Source: Camelus ferus
Lineage: Eukaryota
DNA length: 64,000 nucleotides
Direction of reading: 5' to 3'
NCBI RefSeq assembly: GCF_009834535.1
Contig: NC_045696.1
Coordinates: forward strand, 84,074,001 to 84,138,000
The notes beneath the pieces are model-generated. The model searched no databases and had not been told where the DNA came from. It saw only the letters and a program-made list of their open reading frames with translations. Shown piece by piece: positions 1-64,000 of the stretch. The stretch's first letter is position 1. Each line of letters starts with the position of its first letter. Both the position numbers and the translations under genes were made by a program.

Positions 1-544
1 ACGTATGGCTTGTAAAAGGGGGGAAATGAAGGGACAGGGCTCTGATCAATAGCAAGTATAACACTAGCTGTGACAGAGAGCTGCATTAGTCTTCTGTACC
101 TCTCATCTGACCTGGACGGAATGCAAGTAAAGCCAAGTGAGTTAGTCTATTCCCCAAGCTGTTATGTTGTGTGCCTTTAAATGACAAGGCTGATAGCAAC
201 TCAGATTCTTGGCTCTGTCCCAAATGTGGCATGCTGCAGGACTAGCTGATAAGACCTTTATGACTCCATAGATTTTTAGCAGAGTCATGGATCTATCTGC
301 AGAGCTGAGAAGCTGCATCAGTGGACAGCATGGCTCAAAGCAATTTCAGGAAACTGCTTATCTGATTTTGACCACTGAACTAGTCAGTTTCTTAATTTTA
401 ATGGGTAGAGACCATGCAGTTCAAATATCCTCATATAAATATACCTATGAGCAAGATAACATACTGAAAGGAAAATTAGTTTGTGGGGGAAGAATGCAGC
501 CTAAAGAATCCATATTCTTAGTATTTTCACATTAAGTAGATGGT

Positions 545-1745
545 AAATTTTACTATGGAAAATTGAAGTGCACACACAAGCAGAGATAACAGCATTAAGA
601 ACCAATATCCACTCTTAGCCATTTTCAATTCATAGCCAGTCTTGTTTCAGCTACATCTCCCCTCTTTTGAAATCCAAAACATCCAATTATTTAATATGTA
701 AATACTTTATTATTTCTAAAAATGCCTCTCTTTTTAGCATAACCATAATATATCACATTTAATATCAATAGCAATAATTCCTTAATACCATCAAATATCC
801 AACCATGTACCTGTTTCCTTGTCTTAAGATTTTTTGATAGTTTGTTAATCGTTTGATAGTTTGTTTGAATCAAGATCTGAATAAGGTTCAAACATTATGA
901 ATGGTTGATATATCTTTTTTGATCCAGACGTTTTCTTCTATCTCTTCTTTATTCTTGTGTTTTGTTGTTCTTGTTGCTGTTGCTGTTTTTGTTAAAGAAA
1001 CTAGGTGTGTGTCCTTTAGAGTTTCTCAGTCTAGATTTCACAGATTGTATTTACATGGAGATGTTTAACTGGGCCACCTGCTCCCTGTGTTTTCAGTAAA
1101 TTGGTAGTCAAGTCTAAAGTCTTGATGGTTTGTTTATATTGGAATAGATGTTCCTCAATCAGGAAGCATGAAATGCCTGGTTCTTTCTCTTCTTGGGATG
1201 TTAACAGTTACTGCTGACTATTCCTAGATCCATCGATTTATTAAGGGTTGCAAGATGACGATATTCTAATTTCATCCTTTCCTGTTTCTTTAGAAATACC
1301 TTTATAAAAAGAAATTCCCTTTGTCAATTATTTAGCCATCATGTAAAACAAATTGTATAACAAAGGCAGAATAAATGCTTAATTCTTTACTTTTATTTAG
1401 CAGTATTCAAAATAATTAGCTAGTCTTTTAATATCCTCTAAAGATGAAAATGAATACTACTATCATTATTGTTATCAATACCAATACAAACTCATAGGTT
1501 TAAATTTGATTTGTTTAAACCCACTGAGTTATTATCCTCTACCAAAAATTGTGCCATCTTTGGATAATGGAACTAATACAAGTCAATGTCTGAGTCTTTT
1601 TTGATATAACAATAGCAGTCGTTGAAAGCTCCTTTGTTTGCTGGTATGACAAGATGTTCTAGGATCATCTTGTGTATCTATTATTCTGGGCCTAGAATCA
1701 GCCATTTCTCTAAAGAGCCAGATTCTTTTAAGTGGGAAAAGTATG
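545..1745 (-). mobile_element. Old L1M (L1MC/MD-like) 3' end fragment
   Basis: Degenerate L1 3'UTR-like phrases such as gacaagatgttctaggatcatcttgtgta...agaatcagccatttctctaaagagcc. Boundaries approximate. Confidence 0.6.
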
Positions 1746-1789
1746 TTCTACTGCTTAGACCCATAAAGAGTAATCATTATCATCATCGT

Positions 1790-1960
1790 ACGCTCTAATC
1801 TTCTTCTCAAGATCACCATGAAGGAAATAGTATTCCCCCTTCAAAAATGAGAGACTGGGCAAGGAGATATTGTTTAATTTGACCCAGTCACACAGGATGT
1901 AATCAATGTTGCAAGATCTGTAAACCAAGGCAACCTGATTTCAGAACTTGTGCTTTGCTG
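1790..1960. mobile_element. MIR SINE fragment
   Basis: MIR core-like aaatgagagactgggcaaggagat...tgacccagtcacacag...ctgatttcagaac. Confidence 0.6.
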
Positions 1961-2219
1961 CCTCAATGGTGACAGCCGACGTTATATCCAGCTCTTTCTT
2001 AAGGATCTGGTGTTAATGTTTAGCTAGTAGGGATTAAAAGATGGTTCTAGTTCAGACATTGTTTGTATATGTGTATAGCATTCTGTTATTATCATGTAAT
2101 GTTTGTACTGCTATATTATGTAATGAATATGTTGCACTGTTTCTGCTTTCTGGGACTGATAACTAAATCTTAGCCTTTCTTTTGTACTTACTTAACATAA
2201 AAGCCTAAAGAATATTGCT

Positions 2220-4690
2220 TTTTTTCTTCTTTTTTAAAACAGCCTTATTGAAATACACTGCACATATGAAAAGTGTCCAAGCTGACAGATTCTAATCCAT
2301 ATTTATAACTGTGAAAAATCAACAGTACAATGAAAATAATGGCTACATTTATCACCCTCAAAAGTGTCCGTGTGTCCTTTTGTAATTCCCCCCCTCCAGT
2401 CCCTCCCATCCTTCCTTGCCAGGTAACAGATAAGATAAGCTTTCTGTCACTATAGATTAGTTTGCATTTTCTAGTCTTTTATGTAATTGGCATCATACAG
2501 TGTGTACTTCTTTTTTGTCTGATTTCTTTAACTCAGCATAATTATTCTGAGATTCATCTATGTTGTTGGATATATTAGTAGTGTATCATTTTATAGTTGT
2601 GTAATTAATATTCCATTGTGTGATGTAGCACATCCTTACCAATGCTTGGTATGATCAAGATTTTTTCTCTTAATTTTGGCCATTTTAATAGGTTTGTATT
2701 TTGTCTTATTGAAGTTTTAATTCACATTTCCCTAGTGTCTAATAATGTTGAGCATATTTTCATTTGCTGATTTGCTACCTGTATATTCTCTTTGGTGAAG
2801 TGTCCGTTCAAATCCTTTGCCCATTTTTTCATTGGGCTTATTTTGTGATTACTGAGTTTTGAGAGTTCTGTCTATATTCTGAGTCCATGCATTTATCAGA
2901 TGGATAATTTACAAATATTGTATCCCAGTCTGTGCTTTGTCTTTTCATTCTTGTAACACTGTCTTTGGTCATTTCATTTTCAGATTGTTCATTGCCAGTG
3001 AACCAATAGGTTTTTAAAAGTTATCATATATCCTGCAACTTTGCTGAACTCATTTATCAGTTCTAATTGATTTTGTTGTTATTGTTGTCAAGTTGTCTTC
3101 CTTAGGATTTGCTTTATATAAGATCATGCCATCTGCTAATAGAGATTGTGTAACTTCTTCCTTTCCAATCTGCATACCTTTAATTTCTTTTTCTTGCCTA
3201 ATTTCCCTGGCTAGAATCTCCAGCACAGTGTTAAACAGAAGTGGTGAGAGTGAATGTCCTCATCTTATTTCTGATCTGAAGGAGAATACATTCAGTTTTT
3301 CACCATTAAGTGTGGTATCAGCTGTAGGAGTTTTTGTTGGTTGGTTGGTTGGTTTTGGTACATGCTCTTTATCAAGTTTCTATTCCTGGTTAGTTGAATA
3401 TTTTTATTATGAAAATGCATTGGCTTTTGTTAAATGCTTTTTTGTATCTACTGAGGTGGTCATACAATTTTTGTCCTTTATTCTATTAATGTGGTATATT
3501 ACAATAGCTGATACTTGTTTAAGTTAAACTAACCTGGCATTCCTGGTGTTGGGAGGAAGAAATTTTCCTCCATCCTTTTAGGTTCTTTTGGTTGGGCTAA
3601 TAATTAATTTGACATGAGACAGATTAATGGGGGAAAATCAAACAGAAGTTTAATAAAACATATACACAGTAGAGACCCAGGAACACTGAGTAACTCACCA
3701 AAATGGCTGAAGCCCTCACCTAGAATGCCGTCTTTAGCAAAGACCAAAGATGATGTTGCGGTGGTGGTTTGAGATTTCAGAAGGGATGAAGGCAATTCAC
3801 ATGAAGATGGAAAAGCAAATGTTTGGTATACAAATGTTTGCTGGGCCCTGCAGAGACACCGGGACACTGAGTGGACTCTGATCTCTCGGCCTTGGTAAGT
3901 GGCTGCCACCACACCTGGCCCTTATTCTGTGCAGATGTTTTTGGTAATAGCTCTATTCTGGGTACAGGCCCTTTATCCAAATTCTTTAGGCAGCTAAGGC
4001 AGAAGTAAAAAGGAAAAAATGCCTGAGTCTTCTGTTTGTTAAAAATGATCAACCTAAATTAATCCTCACACTGAAGAGACAGTTTTGCTCCCTTACACTG
4101 GTGTAAATGTTACTTGCTCATGGTGTGTAATCTTTCTCATATGTTGCTAGATTCTCTTTGATAGTATTTAGCTGAGGATTTTTACATCTGTATCCATTAG
4201 GAATATTGGTCTGCAGTTTTCTTGTGATAAGTTTTTATGTGGTTTTGGTATTTGGATATTCTGTCCTCATAAAATGATTTCGGAAGAGTTCCCTCCACGT
4301 CTAATTTTTGGACAAGTTTGAGAAGGATTGGTGTTAATTCTTTAAATGTTTGGTAGAATTTATTAATGAAAAGCCATCTGGGCTTGGGATTTTGTTTGTG
4401 GGAAATTTCTTTTGATTACAAAATCAATTTTTTTTTTTTCTTACTTGTTATATGTCTGCTGAGATTTTCTCTTTCTTCCTCAGTTAGTTTAGGTAACTTT
4501 TGTATTTCCAGGCATTTGTGCATGTTGGCTTACAATTGTTCATGATATTTTCTCATAATCCTTTCTTATTTCTGTAAGGATGATGGTAATGTCCACTTTT
4601 TTATTTCTGAATTTAGTAATGTGTGTCTTCTCTCTTTTTCCCCCTCCTTGGGTTAGTCTAGATAAATTTTCTTAGTTTTATTGACAAATT
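2220..4690 (-). mobile_element. L1 (L1MB-like) 3' end plus ORF2 fragment, interrupted by an LTR at 3547..4097
   Basis: Poly-T and L1 3'UTR followed by antisense ORF2-like sequence. Comparison with the L1 at 33.8-40.3 kb suggests an internal deletion near 2968. L1 sequence resumes directly after the LTR. Confidence 0.85.
3547..4097 (-). mobile_element. Solo LTR, ERV1 class
   Basis: TG...CA termini and a 4-bp TSD, CTGG (3543-3546 and 4098-4101). ATTAAA poly(A) signal and U5-like end on the minus strand. Confidence 0.85.
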
Positions 4691-5125
4691 TATTTACCCT
4701 TTATTAAATAGCTTTTAGGATTTTATCTGACTTAGGAAAGTTATTTACAGAGTTTTTATCAATTAATTTCTGTGAAAGCCTCTGCTTATCTCATAAAACA
4801 TGGTTTGCAAAGTTTCTGGTATGACTGTGTGATGCTGTAGCTCCTCCTGTCTGTCTCTCCTATGTGATTAGTTGTCTAGTCTCCCGTGGATGGAAGAGCT
4901 TGATGGGTCTGTGAAGTGGGAATAGAGAAGGAAGCACATTCAAATAGGAAAAGTTTTTTTCCTGGCTAGAGTCCAAAGTTAGAATGCTGTACTTCTGTAA
5001 TACAGTTACGGGCCCTCAGGGGAAAATGTCAGATTTGGTGCTAACATTTGCATGTGTGCTTTTCATATTGATCTCACTAAATCCATCAGAAATGCTTTCT
5101 GATTTTCTACTTTGCTGCTTTTTAG

Positions 5126-63945
<58,820 letters not shown>

Positions 63946-64000
63946 TGAAAAAATTCTCACATTATCTTTATTATTTTTGATTGCCTTTTGTTGCAGATAA

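Noticed and set aside
3093..3527. 144-aa ORF
   Set aside because: Antisense of L1 ORF2 (reverse transcriptase region); a common spurious ORF.

Overview
Mammalian genomic DNA, probably a cetartiodactyl and most likely a camelid. The taxon is inferred from the young L1 3' ends and the absence of ruminant, pig, primate or rodent SINEs. The whole window lies inside one + strand gene, WDR49 (WD40-repeat protein, also called CFAP337), recognised from its peptide sequence. I traced 11 consecutive internal coding exons (5126-63939) with GT-AG boundaries; the start and stop codons lie outside the window. The main anomaly is that these exons total 1768 nt (3n+1) although the chain starts and ends in phase 0. 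The 100-nt exon at 59883-59982 carries one extra base, which frameshifts the canonical transcript to a TGA at 61695-61697. This is either a real loss-of-function allele or an assembly error. Introns are filled with transposable elements: an apparently full-length ancient L1MC-type element, young 5'-truncated L1s, two ERV1-type solo LTRs with 4-bp TSDs (one MER41-like with STAT and YY1 motifs), MaLR/ERVL LTRs, hAT-Charlie elements, MIRs and L2s. A near-perfect RFX X-box lies inside a coding exon. I found no prokaryote-type systems, RNA genes or CRISPR arrays, and no new multi-gene system. Repeat family names come from recalled consensus sequences, and repeat boundaries without TSDs are approximate.
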